DNA of 64,000 nucleotides from Hamiltosporidium tvaerminnensis FI-OER-3-3 (Eukaryota > Fungi > Microsporidia). The stretch lies in NCBI GenBank assembly GCA_022605425.2, contig CM061251.1, positions 248,001 to 312,000 on the forward strand, read 5' to 3'. The position numbers and the translations under genes were made by a program. This document shows positions 39,618 through 53,103 of the stretch, one piece after another. The stretch's first letter is position 1. Each line of letters opens with the position of its first letter. Below the pieces are notes generated by a model. It was given only the letters and a program-made list of their open reading frames with translations, had not been told where the DNA came from and did no database searches.

Positions 39618-40169
39618 ATGGAAAATATTTTTCTAAAGAAAATTAAAAATACTTTTACCAAATTGTACTTTATATCTCCTTTCAAATTACTACTAACTTT
39701 TCTACCTCACACACAATCTTCAATAACACTATCTACTAATCTTCCCACGCTATCAGCTCAACAACTAAGAAAATCACATCCGAATGCAAAATTCATGTTA
39801 TTAAACCAAAATATTATATTTTCTACAATTGTAGATATTTCAACGGATTTCCCGTATATTTTTGTAATAAATCCCTATTTTGATTCATTTGAAAATGAAT
39901 TTTTCAACCAACTTTGTGTTTCAATAAAATGCACAATAATTTGTATTTTTAATAATGAAAATGATTATATAGAAATTGAAAATAAATTATTCTATATTTC
40001 GGAATATTGTCTTAAGGAAATATAAAATATAAATATTAGATCTCAACATCCATTAAACGATGATGAAGATTGTTTTTTTAAGAAATTGCAAGTAATAGAA
40101 GTATACTTTAATACTGGACAGAGTACTTATCAAGCACTATATAAGCAAATAAATAGAAATATTTTCTAG
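39618..40169 (+). CDS. Hypothetical protein; 135-aa ORF continues in frame for 47 codons past TAA 40023-40025
   Basis: CCC motif upstream of the ATG. The in-frame continuation NINIRSQHPLNDDEDCFF..RNIF ends at TAG 40167-40169. Confidence 0.5.
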
Positions 40170-40559
40170 TTATAATATTGAAGTATTTATTTCTATTTTG
40201 TTTTAAGTTTTTGAATCTTTTATAAATAGATTTTTGTTACACAATTTTACTGATTAGTAATTGTTTTTTTGAAAGATTTTTCTGCAAATATTTGATAGGC
40301 TTATAAGAAAAACAATCTTTTAAAATAAATTCGAGCTAATGACACTAATGGCTTGATTTAGATATCACTTGATGTTTTGATTCCTTCACATATTTATGGA
40401 ATATAAATCTTGGTACATCTATGTTTTTAGATATGATTGTTATTCATACTCTAGGACCTAACAATCACTGCCTGGTGTTACCTGCATCTGCCTCGCCACG
40501 ATTTTTTATGTAGAAAAAGTTTTTTTTTCAAACATAAAAATAAATTAACATAGATGAGA

Positions 40560-41281
40560 ATATCTAACAGTATCACATCTGTTTAAAACAGTGACAAGCG
40601 GTATATTTGTTTTAATGACATTAACGCAGTCTAAGTTTTAAATAATTGCTACCTCAATACTCCATCGGTAACCCTGCGATACCTACGTCCCAAATCCTTT
40701 CATCTACCAGGTGCGTAGAACCTAATTAATAGGCGAGGCAATTGTCCGGATTTCGTTATGGTCCTGTTGCATGGGGTGTGATCGAAGGCCGAAGCCCCCC
40801 CCTGGGCTCCCCCAAGACTATGCAGCATTCCCACTTACTCTACACTTTCTGAACCCAATAAACTTCTAGCTAAGATATATTTCAGAGATTTCATGGGGTC
40901 CATTTAGATAGTGCAATGTCATACCAACAGGTATAACCTGCCACTTAGCGTTCCTGGCTTTTAATGGTTTTCATTTTTATATCTCCCAAGCGCTAAGTCT
41001 TCTAACCCGAGTGAGGAAGGCTAGGTTTCCATGTTTTTACATGGCAATTACCTACATTTTCAGCTGCGGTCTGCAATCTGGTTACATAAAAAACTACAAA
41101 TAAATTTGTAGAAAAAGTTTCTCCATTTCTTAGACCTCTCCTCTTCATAACAACTCTCATGGAACAACCGAAGATGTAGTGTGGTTGTATTCCCACCAAA
41201 AATCCAAACAATGATCTTCACACCAGTTTCACACACTCATTGCCAAGCAGAAAGTTTTTTATGTGGTTATCCTCCCTCCAC
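40560..41281 (-). mobile_element. ~725-bp structured non-coding SINE-like element, copy 2
   Basis: The reverse complement is colinear with copies 1 and 3 and has the same GTGGAGGGAGG start. Confidence 0.85.
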
Positions 41282-41309
41282 TTTTAATAAAATATAAAAT
41301 TATATTTTA

Positions 41310-42033
41310 GTAGCTTATTTGCCGCGCGTTGCTGCGATAATAAAATAAAGTAAATAAAAGTATAAAGAAAACCAAAACATACATTAAGCAATTGATTTGA
41401 ATGGTATTTATTTATTTTTTTTCGAGTATTTTCAAGCCTTAACATCATTTGTTTTTGTTCCGGTGTCTATCGAAAAAATCCGAAGAGATTTCCATGAATG
41501 AAGTGGATAATATAGTGTTATGTAATGAGCACGTTTTCTTCAAATTTATTCTACATAGTGCAGTGTTTACTTTTTTGCGTTTTATTTTTTTTCGAAGGTG
41601 AGTCGTAGAGAAACTTACACTTTTAAATGGCTCATCTGCTGGGACAGTTGATATGTATGCGAAAAGTAAATTTTCCACTAAGAATACGTGATATTGTTTA
41701 TCTACTTTACTTCATTATACTTTCAAATAACATCCTATTCCATATTTCCCCATAAAATAACACCGTTTGATATCAAAGATCTATATTAACAAATAGTTAA
41801 ACTAAAATGGATTTACTACACACTTTAAGTAACTATATCAGATGAACACATTTTAACATTCTACGCTATATATTAAAAATATTTAAAGTCATCCACTCTT
41901 ATTAAGACCTTTTGTTAAAAATCTCATTGTCTAAATTTTAGTTTATCTAACTTCAAGATGAAAACAATACCCGCTTTGTTTACAGTCTTAAACAAAAAAA
42001 GCATATACACAGACAAACATTTTATTAAATAGA
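41310..42033 (-). mobile_element. Non-autonomous Helitron
   Basis: A|TCTATTTAATAAAA 5' end, 3' ATTATCGCAGCAACGCGCGGC hairpin, then CTAC|T. Homologous to 7743-8449. Confidence 0.72.
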
Positions 42034-42534
42034 TAAGAGAATCCAATAACCCATAATTATGTATTAGAATACTACACAAATATATAATAATGGAATAAAA
42101 GAAAAATAAATGAAACTGCAAATTTTTTTTATTTGGTGAATTTTTTGTATTTGGTTGTTTTTGAATGCTTATTTTTTATTTTGAGAACTTTCTTTTAAAT
42201 TACTTACTTTCATATATTTTTCTATTTCTTTTAAATTTATGTAGAAAAAATTGCGTTTAAAATTTCTTATTTTGTTAAATTCTTTAATTTATTGCAAAAA
42301 AAAAGTTTGCCGCCAAAAAAAGTATTTTCGGCAAAAAAAGCATAAGTACGTTTTTTTTCGAGAGTTAATCTGATTTAGCATATTTTATATCTGCTAGATT
42401 CTGCTTTTAGCCAGGGTATAATTTAGCAAGGGGTACGGAATGGCGGGGGGAAGGTGATATAAAATACGACATTAAATAAATATTTTTTTTGTTTATACTA
42501 TAAATAATTCAAATGAAAAAAGTTCCCCTATAAA

Positions 42535-45203
42535 ATGTATTGCAGAAAAAATTTATTTGCTTTCGATGATTTAAGTATGAATCCAAAATCCAAAAATATA
42601 TATAGAATGCATAGAAGTTTTGGAAACTTCAATCAAAGCGTTAGATATCTTATAGTTATCTTGGCGATTTTTGGATTTTTGCAAGTGATAGATTGTGTTC
42701 GCATTATTGTTAGTTTTGATACTTTGAAACGTCAAAATTGTTTAATAGTAAATTCTTTCAATAGTTTTAATCCTACAAACATAAATAATTCTAAAGAAAG
42801 CGTTCAAGCTGAATCATATATTTATCCACATAATCGATGTTCATTTTCTGCAACGCCAAACTGCTCTTCCAAAGATATACAACATGAAGAAAATGATTCA
42901 AATAAAAGAAGAAGGTTAAATGATGCAAATAAACCTGAGAATACCCACTGCAATTTTAGAGGACCAAATTCGCATACAAACGATGACGTTTGTACTGGAG
43001 GTGATATCGATCAAAATAGTCCAGCGTTATTTTCCTTTGGGAACCGTACTACGATAGAAACTGCCATAAAATTTCCAGGAGATATCCAAATAGTTTTAAC
43101 ATGCGAACCAATTAATATTGTAACATTTGATTACTCGGAAAATTATATGATTCGCTCTAAGTATTTCGATGAATTTAACAATGTTAAAACCAGCAAAAAA
43201 GAAATCAAAATTCAAGATATATCAAATAGCAATATCGATAGTTCTTTGTTCGAAGAATGTATCTATGTTTTACGCTATGGTTGGAATTGCAATTTTCTCG
43301 GTATAAAGAAAGAAAACTTCTTAAATTTAATTTCGCTTATTTATGATCTTAAGTGTTATTCGAATTCTGATGCATTATTAACATTGTATAAAAGCTTACT
43401 CACCTATATTTTTGTTTATTTAGAAAACAGATCTTTCAATGACACATTCGATTTAACTAAAGATGACTTTATAACTCATAAAAAACATTTCCTATCATTT
43501 ATTTATGTACTATATGATTCAATCGAAGTAACATATGATTCGAATAATAACGAGCTTACATTTATTGAGAAAAAAAATGTAAAAAAAGAAATTTCAATCC
43601 AATACCATAATGTCGATGAAATTATAATTCGAATTACACCTCGGGCACTAGAGTTGATTGATCAAGAAAGGCACACAAATAAATCAACGTTATTGAATTG
43701 TATAATAAGTGTATATAAAATAAAAGGAATAAAAATATCTAGCGATAATTCATTTTTTTACGAATCTAAAAATTCTGATTCTGTACGTAATTCTGCCATA
43801 AATAAATTACAGATCGAAAATATGAATACAAGTTTTATTTCTGTATTTGTTTGTATGAGATATATTGAGAAAAGAGAATTAATATCTATCGAATTTGAAC
43901 GAATAGTAGTTTCAGAACCAGATATAATTTTTTTATATTGTTTACCACACCTAAAAACATTGACTTTGGTGAAATGTACTTGTGAAGATTTTGAAGCCTT
44001 TTTTCGTGCACTATACTTAAACTTCCCTGAATTACAAAAATTACGATTTGTGAGGTTAACTTTATTAATTGATTTCTTTAATAATTTATATTATATGAAA
44101 ATTGAGATTTTGGAGCTTTTGTTTTGTGATTTTATTAAGGATTAACGTATTTTATACCCACGAGAACTGAAATGAAAAAAATTTAAGCTGAAATTTACAT
44201 ATATAAAATTGAAAATATTAAATTAAGTATGTTAAGTAAGGTATTAGAAGTTCTAAGTTTTAAAGGAATAGCTTTTACTAATTATGAATACTCAGAATGT
44301 TTCGAGAACTGGCAAAAAATATTTCGCTCTTTGATTCTATCTTACTGTAAACTATGTTACACTTCACTAAAATTCTTTTCGGAAAATATCAAAGCCAAAA
44401 AATTGTATTTAAACTATTTTCAAACAGAAAGCCAGCTTGTGAATATTCTGAACCACAAATCTTTACATATAAGTACAAGAAAATTAAGTTTATGTGGTAA
44501 TCGCATAGATTCTAAATTGTTTTATATCATAACACACTTTGAATTTCTCGAATATTTGAATTTATCTTCTTTAAAAGAAAATTCTTATAATTTTTATATG
44601 TCTGAGCATAAGTTTTATAGTAAATTAGTTGATTTGAATTTATCTGGGAATAAAATTAAAGAAATTTCATTTGGTTTTGCCAAGCAGCTTGATCGACTTG
44701 TTGGACTAAATTTATTTAATTGCAATCTTAAACCTGGATCTTTAAGTGATTTTTGTCTGGGATTTATGAATAATTCACTTAAAAGAATAAACTTAGCTGG
44801 AAACGTTCTTCATTTATCTGATATTATTCAGATAGGATTGCTTATAAATCTCGAAAAACTTGTTCTTTCATTAGATAATAAGGTGTTTTCAGAATTTATT
44901 GAGAAATACGGTGCTTTGGGCTTTCAAAATTTAGAAACACTAATATTAATTTTAACAAATCTTGATGACGCTATTATAAATTTCATTATATCGCAACCTT
45001 CATTAAAGAGTATTGAATTACGAAACTGCACAATAAGAGATGAACATCAAATAGACTGTAAACTTACTCCTGATGGTTTTCAAAGACGCATATTTGAGAA
45101 TTCTGAAATTACACTGTCTAATTATAAACCCAATCGGAAAGCTTCAATTAATGTTGTTATTCGTTTTTTTTATTTAATTAAATTCCGATTTAAAATGATT
45201 TAA
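42535..45203 (+). CDS. Secreted BTB-like/LRR protein, paralog 2 (ORFs 42535-44145 and 44229-45203; disrupted at ~44140-44230)
   Basis: Near-identical to 14793-17389 in long blocks, with ~300 bp of homologous upstream DNA. Confidence 0.78.
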
Positions 45204-48200
45204 AAATGATTCTTTATGCATTTTCTTCTACCTCCTTTACCACTACCGTTTCTTCTTCCAAATCCGACTCTTCGTTTATATGTATCGTAGGTTCCTCTAA
45301 TCCGGATCGTCCTTTTGAAATAAAGGGTCTATATTTTTTTGTTTTTTCTAATTTTAACATCATCTTCGTCGTGGCCGGCTTCTTTTAAAGGGGTTGTTGG
45401 TTCCTCCTGATTCTCTGATCTCATAATAACACCCTTTGACGCTCCCTCCCAGCTCTCTTCGGGATTTAGTCCTGACTCAAGTCCTCTTCGTCGATCAAAG
45501 AAAATTGTTTCGACTGTTTTCTTAAGTACAATAGACTGAATGTATGCCTCTACATTCATGGGTATTTCTAGTCTTTTAAGGTGTGACTTATGGTATTTTG
45601 TCACAATACCGTCCCAGGTCATCACATAAGGGATTATCTCAACACTACACTTATAAATAAGACCTAACTCATTGGCTAGCAGGTCATACTTCCTAAGTTT
45701 TTCAGTTTCAACTATTTGAAGTGAATCCTGGGAAGTGATTCCTACTTCAATGAGTGTTATCTTATTCTTCTTCTTATCTAAAATATATATGTCCGGTCTG
45801 TTATTCCGAATTTTAACATCAGTTTTTATTCCGGTGTCCACTCTTATCTCTGCGTACTCATTATCAAGAATTTCTTGAACTGAGTGACTCCTTATTCGTT
45901 TTGAAGACTTAAACTTATATCTATTTAGAAGGAGAAGGTGTAGGCATCTAACCACTTCATTATGCCGTCTAGTGTAATCATGGCCTAGCATTTTTTCACA
46001 TCTAGTTGCTAGATGATCCACAGTCTTACCAGACTTCCCGCAATGTTGACACACACCATCTGCTCCCCAGAATACATTTCTATCCTAGATATAGCAGAAC
46101 ACAGCTTCATTTCGTGGCCTAATATTTCCTCTCTTTAGCCATCTTGAAGAGTCACTAACACTCACAAGCTCATTTTTTCTTGCCTCTATAACTTTAAATG
46201 GGGTTTTCGTTTTTCTATTTCGCTAAAAGTTTTGCAAGTTAAGCTTCTTCTAAACTTTTCTTAGTGACTTCTTCTACCAACCTGTACTTAACTTTTAAGA
46301 AGCCTTTTATTAGTGCAAGATGGGTTTTATTATTATTCTCCACCTTGAGGATTGCTGCTCGTCTAGTTGATATTTCTTTACTTTTTTCCAGACAATCCAA
46401 GAGTTGCAGAAGCATATGTTCGCTTCGCAACTCAAACTATGTAGGCCTCTTCCAAGTTCTGTTCTAGGAAGGTATAAACACTCTTTACATTCTGGGCGGA
46501 GATTTATCTTATTCTTCACCAACACTGCACCGCACTGCATCATCTAACTTAGAGAAGTCAACCGGTTCAAGTCGAGGTACTCCTATGTGGTAGTTGATTA
46601 ACGATATCGCATGTTGATTGATTGCAGAAAATAAATTCTTTGCGTTTAATCTAGTGTGACAAAGTCTTTCAACTCTTGATATAAGTTTGCTCTGTACTTC
46701 TTCAAATGAGCTACGTGTTGGGATTCCTCTGCTATCTTCTATTATTCCTAAATATTTGTAAACACTAACACCTTCTAGAAGAGTAGCAGTATCTTCACAA
46801 CACGTATCATTTGTGGCTGACTTCTCTTTGTTAATCTCTAACCCAATCACCTCTAAAAATTCCTTTGCCTCGCCTGTCATAGCACTCAATGTGGAGCTGT
46901 CTTTTGCAAGGAGCTTAAGATCATCAATAAACAAGAGATGATTAGTAGAGTGGGATTCTGCATCTGTTTGTACTGTCACTTTTGTGTATTTTTCATTAAG
47001 CTTTCGGCTTAATGGATCCATACACAACACAAATAACAAAGATGACAGACTATCTCCCTGCAGAATCCCTCTCAGAATCTTCTGCTCATGATTTTTTCTG
47101 GTTCTACTCATATATCTATTTGTCATTTTGATATAATTACCTTAATAAATTTCAGGATTCAATCAGGTAAATTAAGGTTTTCCATGCATTGAGTTAAATA
47201 AGCATGATCTATTGAATCATAAGCTTTTTTAACATCAATCCATGTTTCCTAAATATTATTTCCATACTCTTTATTTAAGGCAATATTCAGTAGAGCCTGC
47301 TCTTTCGCTCCCTGCATACCTCTTACCGCCCCTAATTGGTTCTCTGCAAGCAACCCTCGCCTTTCCACTTAAGGTTGAAAGACCTTTGTTACACACTTTG
47401 TCGTTAACTTATAGAGGCTGGACATACAAGTGATTGGCCTGTAGTCAGTGCCTCTTCGTGGAGTTCCTTTCGGTATCAAATACGTAAGCCCGCAGTAAAA
47501 CCAATCAGCTTGAGTTGTTCCTTCTAAACATATAACTTTCACAATATCATAAAGATATTTGTGAAGAGTTGTACGTTTCTTAATGAAAAAATTGTAAATA
47601 CCATCAATTCCAGCAGCTTTCCAATTGGGAAGCCAATTAATGATATTTACAAATTCATCAAGTGAAGGAAACGTGGTCGGATGATTATCTGATACAAATG
47701 GAATCAAATAATCATCATACAAAACTACTTTATCATTTTTGTTCCACATTGTAGACCAAAAACTCACAATTTCATCACGGCTAACCACATGCTCGGATTT
47801 CACACGCTTAGATAACCCACGATAAAATCGACCTCGGAGAAGCTCAAACATACGATTCTCTTTTCGGAATTGCTTCCTACTTTCATGCATCGTAATTTTT
47901 TTCTCGTAAACATTCAAAGACTCATTCTTCTAATTAAAGCTCAGAAAAATCAGTTACGCTGCTCAAGTTTAAATTAAACTCTCGCATGATTTTCTTAAGG
48001 CTCTTCGTTTCTGAAGTGGAGAGCTTTTCCTGCTTACGAGCCTTCTCGAGAAGATCTTTGGAAAGTACTAACTTAGAAATTTTACTTTCTATGTTTTCCT
48101 TCCAAGCGGATATAGGCTTTTCTTTGCGTGTTGCCTCGTCATAGCATACCTGCGCAGCTTGCATGATATACGCGGCTTCCGTAATTGACCAAGGTACAAG

Positions 48201-48970
48201 AACTCCGGCAAATTCACCCACTACTCGATTAATGAGATCCAATACTTTATTGTCAACCAATTCATTTGGATGTTTTCGAGTTCGGACCATTACTTTACTA
48301 TTTCCTTCTCTGAGATTTGTTTGATTTTACTCAAAAATTTATCTCTCAGGTTTATGTACTCCGTGGTGTCGGTCAGGGTGCATGTATCAGCGAGACAAGT
48401 GGCGATTCTACGTCGCTCTAAATTCTCTTCTGATTTTACTTCCTTTCCCATCTCACTTTGGGCCAATTTTTTTAACACTTCGAGAGTTTCAGTGCAGCCG
48501 AATTTCTCATTATAGTACTTGTGAAACTCTGTCCAGCCATTTCTTGGTATTCTTTCAAACCTTGTCTGTACTGCAAAAAAACAATTCAAGGCCATTCCTT
48601 CGGGTCGGCTGTTACAGAATCGAATATCGTCCGCAATGCCGTTAGCCTGTTACCTTCCGGAATAGCTAGTGTACAGGGGTTTGTCATGTCGTACGATGGC
48701 TCGCACGCAGAGTTTTCAACCGAAGAGGCAAGCGGTTTATTAGGCGAAGGTAAGGTGTCAAGCCCACTATTTTGCATGTTACTGCATGTTTGGCTTCGTG
48801 GTGGATGTGTTATTGTTATGTAGGAGGAGGAAGGTAGGGAGATCGCCGGTGGGTGTAGCTCACATTTTTGTTTACCACTTTCACTTTTCTTCACCTCATC
48901 AGCGTCGTTTGCAGCCTTTATTTTAGCATTTTTTGATATTTCGCTGTTAATATTTTTCTTTCTATTCATT
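45165..48970 (-). mobile_element. Near-full-length R4/Dong-type non-LTR retrotransposon, frameshifted (copy B)
   Basis: RT motifs GILQGDSLS, HLLFIDDLKL, YKYLG and LNAKNLFSAIN, plus CCHC and RLE. Colinear with copy A. Confidence 0.93.
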
Positions 48971-49182
48971 TTATATAACAAATTATAAAATTATTGCTTT
49001 TAAATCTAAAAAATAAGAGACAAAATTTAATGAAGGAATGCATAGGCAATATATTCTAAACCCCGCAAATTTAATGATTTATTTGACTCATAGGTAAATT
49101 GTTTATTAAATAGGCCATTATACAAGTAATTTGTATTTAAATTGTTATCTAAATATGATTTCATTGATAAAATTGCAAAGAC

Positions 49183-49316
49183 TTTTTATTTAATAAAATT
49201 CTGGGTTAAAATATTTTTACTATTTTTATGCATTTTCTTCTACCTCTTTAACCACTACGTTTCTTCTTCCAAATCCGACTCTTCATTTATATTTATTGTC
49301 GGTTCCTCTAATGTGG
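49183..49316 (-). mobile_element. Short 3'-end fragment of R4/Dong ~215 bp upstream of copy B
   Basis: TTTAATAAAATTCTGGGTTAAAA..CTTCCAAATCCGACTCTTCATTTAT matches the element 3' end. Confidence 0.85.
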
Positions 49317-49463
49317 CTCTAAAAGCGCAAAAACAATAAATATAATGAATATTCAATTTTGACTAAAAAAATAAAAATAGAAACTTTTAAAAACATTTAA
49401 GAATTTAATTAGGAAAATAATAATCATATTTAATTCAAAAGAAGAAAACAATCATTAAATAAA

Positions 49464-49874
49464 TTAAATATTTAATCCCTTGTCTCTCAATAATTTCTCT
49501 TCAACTTCTTTCTTCAAATCCACTTTGTACCTCTCAAAATCACTTAAATTTTTATACCTTTTGATTTCCAAACAATTTTTATAGAATTCACTTTCTTCAT
49601 ATTTTGCAACGACATTTTCTGATTCAATAACGGTATTTACTTCTTTAATAGTCATTTTCTTTTTAATTGGAATAACAGTATCAAGAAGATACAACCCACG
49701 CAGAGCACATAATTTTCTTTGTTTAGATGGATATTGAACAATAACTATTTTAGAATCTTGAATGTCAGTTATTACACCAAATACATCTCTATTATCTACC
49801 ATTTTATCAGTAACCAATCTTCCAACTTCTACAAACTTTTTTATGTTTGAATTTTTATCATTTCCTTCAGACAT
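49464..49874 (-). CDS. RPL14: 60S ribosomal protein L14 (eL14)
   Basis: KFVEVGRLV, VITDIQD and LSDFERYKV motifs. CCC-TCAA-ATG start. Confidence 0.92.
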   Translation of the reverse strand: MSEGNDKNSNIKKFVEVGRLVTDKMVDNRDVFGVITDIQDSKIVIVQYPSKQRKLCALRGLYLLDTVIPIKKKMTIKEVNTVIESENVVAKYEESEFYKNCLEIKRYKNLSDFERYKVDLKKEVEEKLLRDKGLNI

Positions 49875-50496
49875 TTGAGGGCTTTCGTTTTTGGTTTTAT
49901 TTTAAAAATAAATGGAAATTTTAAGAATTTTTTTATTCTAAATTTTATTCAAAAATAAAAAATATTAGCGAATTTAAAGACACATGAAGTATCCTTTTTT
50001 GAATTGTTTTGAAATCTTTTAGGTCTAAAATACAAAAAAAAATTATCCATTTAGTGATGTGAAAGGAAACGAATAAGGATTAAGAAATTTGGCGTAAGAT
50101 AAAACATTTTTTTGTCAGAAAAACAATGGATTGAAATTAAATAAAACCTTTTACAATAAAATACATAGTTTATATTTTTTTGATTAAAAAAATTTTCACG
50201 TGGTTCTTAACTTAATTTTATTTTTCTCAAACTGAAATTACGACTTCGAAAGTATTTAATTGTGTATTACACAAAAGGAACAAATATATTCACAAAAGGA
50301 TTATATTTCTCGTAAATCCTCAAAAATTGTTAATGATATAAATAAAAGTAGATTCCTGGTAAAAATAAAATCACTATATATAGTAACCATTGTAATAAAA
50401 CCATATTATTTTTTTCTTTACTAAAATTACAGTATAAAACAAAAATGATACGCGAATTTAAAATAAATTTCATTTAGAAATTTAAATAGAACCCTC

Positions 50497-50790
50497 ATGT
50501 TAAATGATCTTCAAAACGAGGTAAATCAACTTTTATTTTTATATTTTACTACGATCGGTGTAATTCAACGAGATTATAAGACAGAAGGATTTAAAGAAAA
50601 CGTTTTACCAGAACTTCTAAAAAATATAACAGAATGTAAACAAAGAATAGATGAAATATTGGAAATCAAACCATGTATGGATAACGAAAATTATGAAAAT
50701 ACAAAATTTTATGAAGATATAAGAGAAACGGTAAATAAAGCAAAATGTTTTGTAAACGATGGTTTAGAATTTTTAAATAAAATATTGTAA
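50497..50790 (+). CDS. MED21: Mediator subunit 21 (Srb7)
   Basis: LNDLQNEVNQL..YFTTIGVIQ matches the Med21 N-terminal pattern (LTQLQ..VNQL...F..SIG.LQ). CCC-TC-ATG start. Confidence 0.72.
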   Translation: MLNDLQNEVNQLLFLYFTTIGVIQRDYKTEGFKENVLPELLKNITECKQRIDEILEIKPCMDNENYENTKFYEDIRETVNKAKCFVNDGLEFLNKIL

Positions 50791-52317
50791 AATTAATTTC
50801 CAAATCATTTCTTTCGTTTTTCTGATATTTTATATTTTTTTTGGAGTTTTTTATATCCTAGTACTTAGGTTTCGGTTGTTTAATTTTCAGAAATTCTTAA
50901 ATATTTGATTAAAAATATTCGTTTATAATGAATTTTCTATTTACTAAAGTTAAGAATATGAATAAACTATACTTTTACATCTAGAATTGTGTTTTATCTG
51001 AATTAATTGATTTTCAAGCAAATTTTTAGTCATATTTATTTGTTTAGAATTTACTTATTTTAACATTTTCCGATGTTTTGATACTTTTATTTTGTGTAAT
51101 AGTCATATATTAATTGTGTTTTAATTTATTGGAAATATTTTAGTGTTTGAAATTTTTCAAACTCATTTTGAACTATAATTGACTTATGAATGTTTTAATA
51201 AATTTGATTTACGAAACAAATTTAAAATTTTTTGATGTTTATACACAAAATGAAATTAAATAATCGTTTTTTGTGCTCTAATTTGGTAAAATTTATTTAT
51301 AATTTATTTTTACTATATTTTAAATTGGTTGTTTTGCCGTAAAAAATTAAAATTTATTTCAAAAACAATAAACTTTTATAATTCAAAACGCAAATTCCCA
51401 TCATATACGATATTATTTTTCATTAGTTATAAAATTTTTTATTTCTAAACGAATTAATATTTTATGTCGAGAAAACAGTTTTTTAGCAAAATTTATTAAA
51501 AACCAAAACTTTAGATTAAAAGTTATTTTTCGCAGTGCTGGGTCAAACAGGGTTGTAAAGTATAAAATGATCGATGAAATCTTTCTATAATATTTAATTA
51601 GAATTGTTTGTTTGTTTTTTGGAATAAGTTATGGTGAGAGGTTTTATACTTATTGTAAAATCAGGATATAGTTTTAAATTCTGAAGCTCATATATGATTA
51701 GGAAAAAAATCTTTTTAAAGATTGAATCACAAACCGAAGTTTTACTAAGTTAGAATACGATCGAAATTCGACATAGTTTTTTAAATTCAAATGATCATAA
51801 ACTAGCTATGAGCTTACTTTAATAATTAATATAAATATATAAATTAATATTAAAAATATATAAAATCAATTTACTAAAGCGAGAAACCTAAGGAAAATCT
51901 AAAATTTTAAAAAGTTTTATGTTACAATGAAAGTGATACAATGAAATTTGACGGTAAATATATTGTTTGGAAAACAATTTTTAGTTTTAACTATTGTAAT
52001 CCTTAAATCGAATATATTACCTGTTTCAAAGTACAAAAAATTTTTATATTGTACTAAAAAGTGTTATTTTAAACAATTAGGTAATATTTTTATACAATTT
52101 GCAACCTATATTTACATAATAAGTTGTTTGTAAAATTTATTTTTTATAACGATTATTAACGAATAACAAATCATACAAAATCTTATCGAATATAAATTTT
52201 TCGTTTTGATTTAAATTAAATGATTCCTTTGTTTTTAAAAATCGATAATTTAATATTTTAGTGCTTTTTTAATTTAATTAATATTACTTATAAAAAATCT
52301 CTTCTAAATAACCATAA

Positions 52318-53103
52318 ATGTCGAAACAGAAAAAGAGAGTTTCGGACGAGTGTATGAATAATATTTTTGAATATCAACTTCAAGAACGTAAGACAAAGAT
52401 TAAAACCGGAATTTGTAAAATTATAACAAATGGTTTTATATTTTCGATTTTCTATACCATGTTTTTGTTGTACTATATCATCTTGACATATTTTTTTATC
52501 ATGAGATTCGATCCTAATATAGTTTACAAATCTATAAAAAAATATTTTTTACTCATAAATTTATTCCTTCCGCATATAGTGTATCATTTAACGATTATAT
52601 CTAATGATTTAGGCGATGTGCTTCTAAAACTTTTAATTTTTAATATGTCTATTTTTATATGTATATCCTTCGAAATAATTATTGATATAAAAAATCCGTT
52701 GCATATTGAAAACACTTTACCGATATTTATCCAGTTTATCTATCAATTACTTAGATTAATGATTTCATTCAAGTATTTTGCAGATTTTGTATCTTTTATT
52801 TTTGAATTTGAAAAACAAAGTGTTCAGGATACATCGAATTTATTTTTAAAATTAGTTATATTTTTTATTATAGAAGCGATTTTAAAACCGCATTTAATTA
52901 ATTCTATGAACGAAATATTAATATTCTTTTTTCAATCGATTTTCTTAATTTTCAAAATTCTTTATATGGCAAGTGTTATTAGAAGAACAAAATGTATTTT
53001 AAACCGTACTTTAGGCGTCATTTTTTATATTTTATTCAATATAATGTTTGATTGGAATACATATCAACATTTTTTTGTCAATAAAACAAGTTTTAAAGAG
53101 TAG
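52318..53103 (+). CDS. Multi-pass membrane protein, paralog A
   Basis: 261 aa with ~7 hydrophobic segments. Homologous to 55516-56292. Confidence 0.8.
   Translation: MSKQKKRVSDECMNNIFEYQLQERKTKIKTGICKIITNGFIFSIFYTMFLLYYIILTYFFIMRFDPNIVYKSIKKYFLLINLFLPHIVYHLTIISNDLGDVLLKLLIFNMSIFICISFEIIIDIKNPLHIENTLPIFIQFIYQLLRLMISFKYFADFVSFIFEFEKQSVQDTSNLFLKLVIFFIIEAILKPHLINSMNEILIFFFQSIFLIFKILYMASVIRRTKCILNRTLGVIFYILFNIMFDWNTYQHFFVNKTSFKE

Noticed and set aside
14793-45203. Ubiquitin-system 'cluster' (UFD2, SKP1, BTB-like LRRs)
   Set aside because: The genes are separated by kilobases of TEs and the LRR family is probably dispersed, so there is no evidence of functional clustering.
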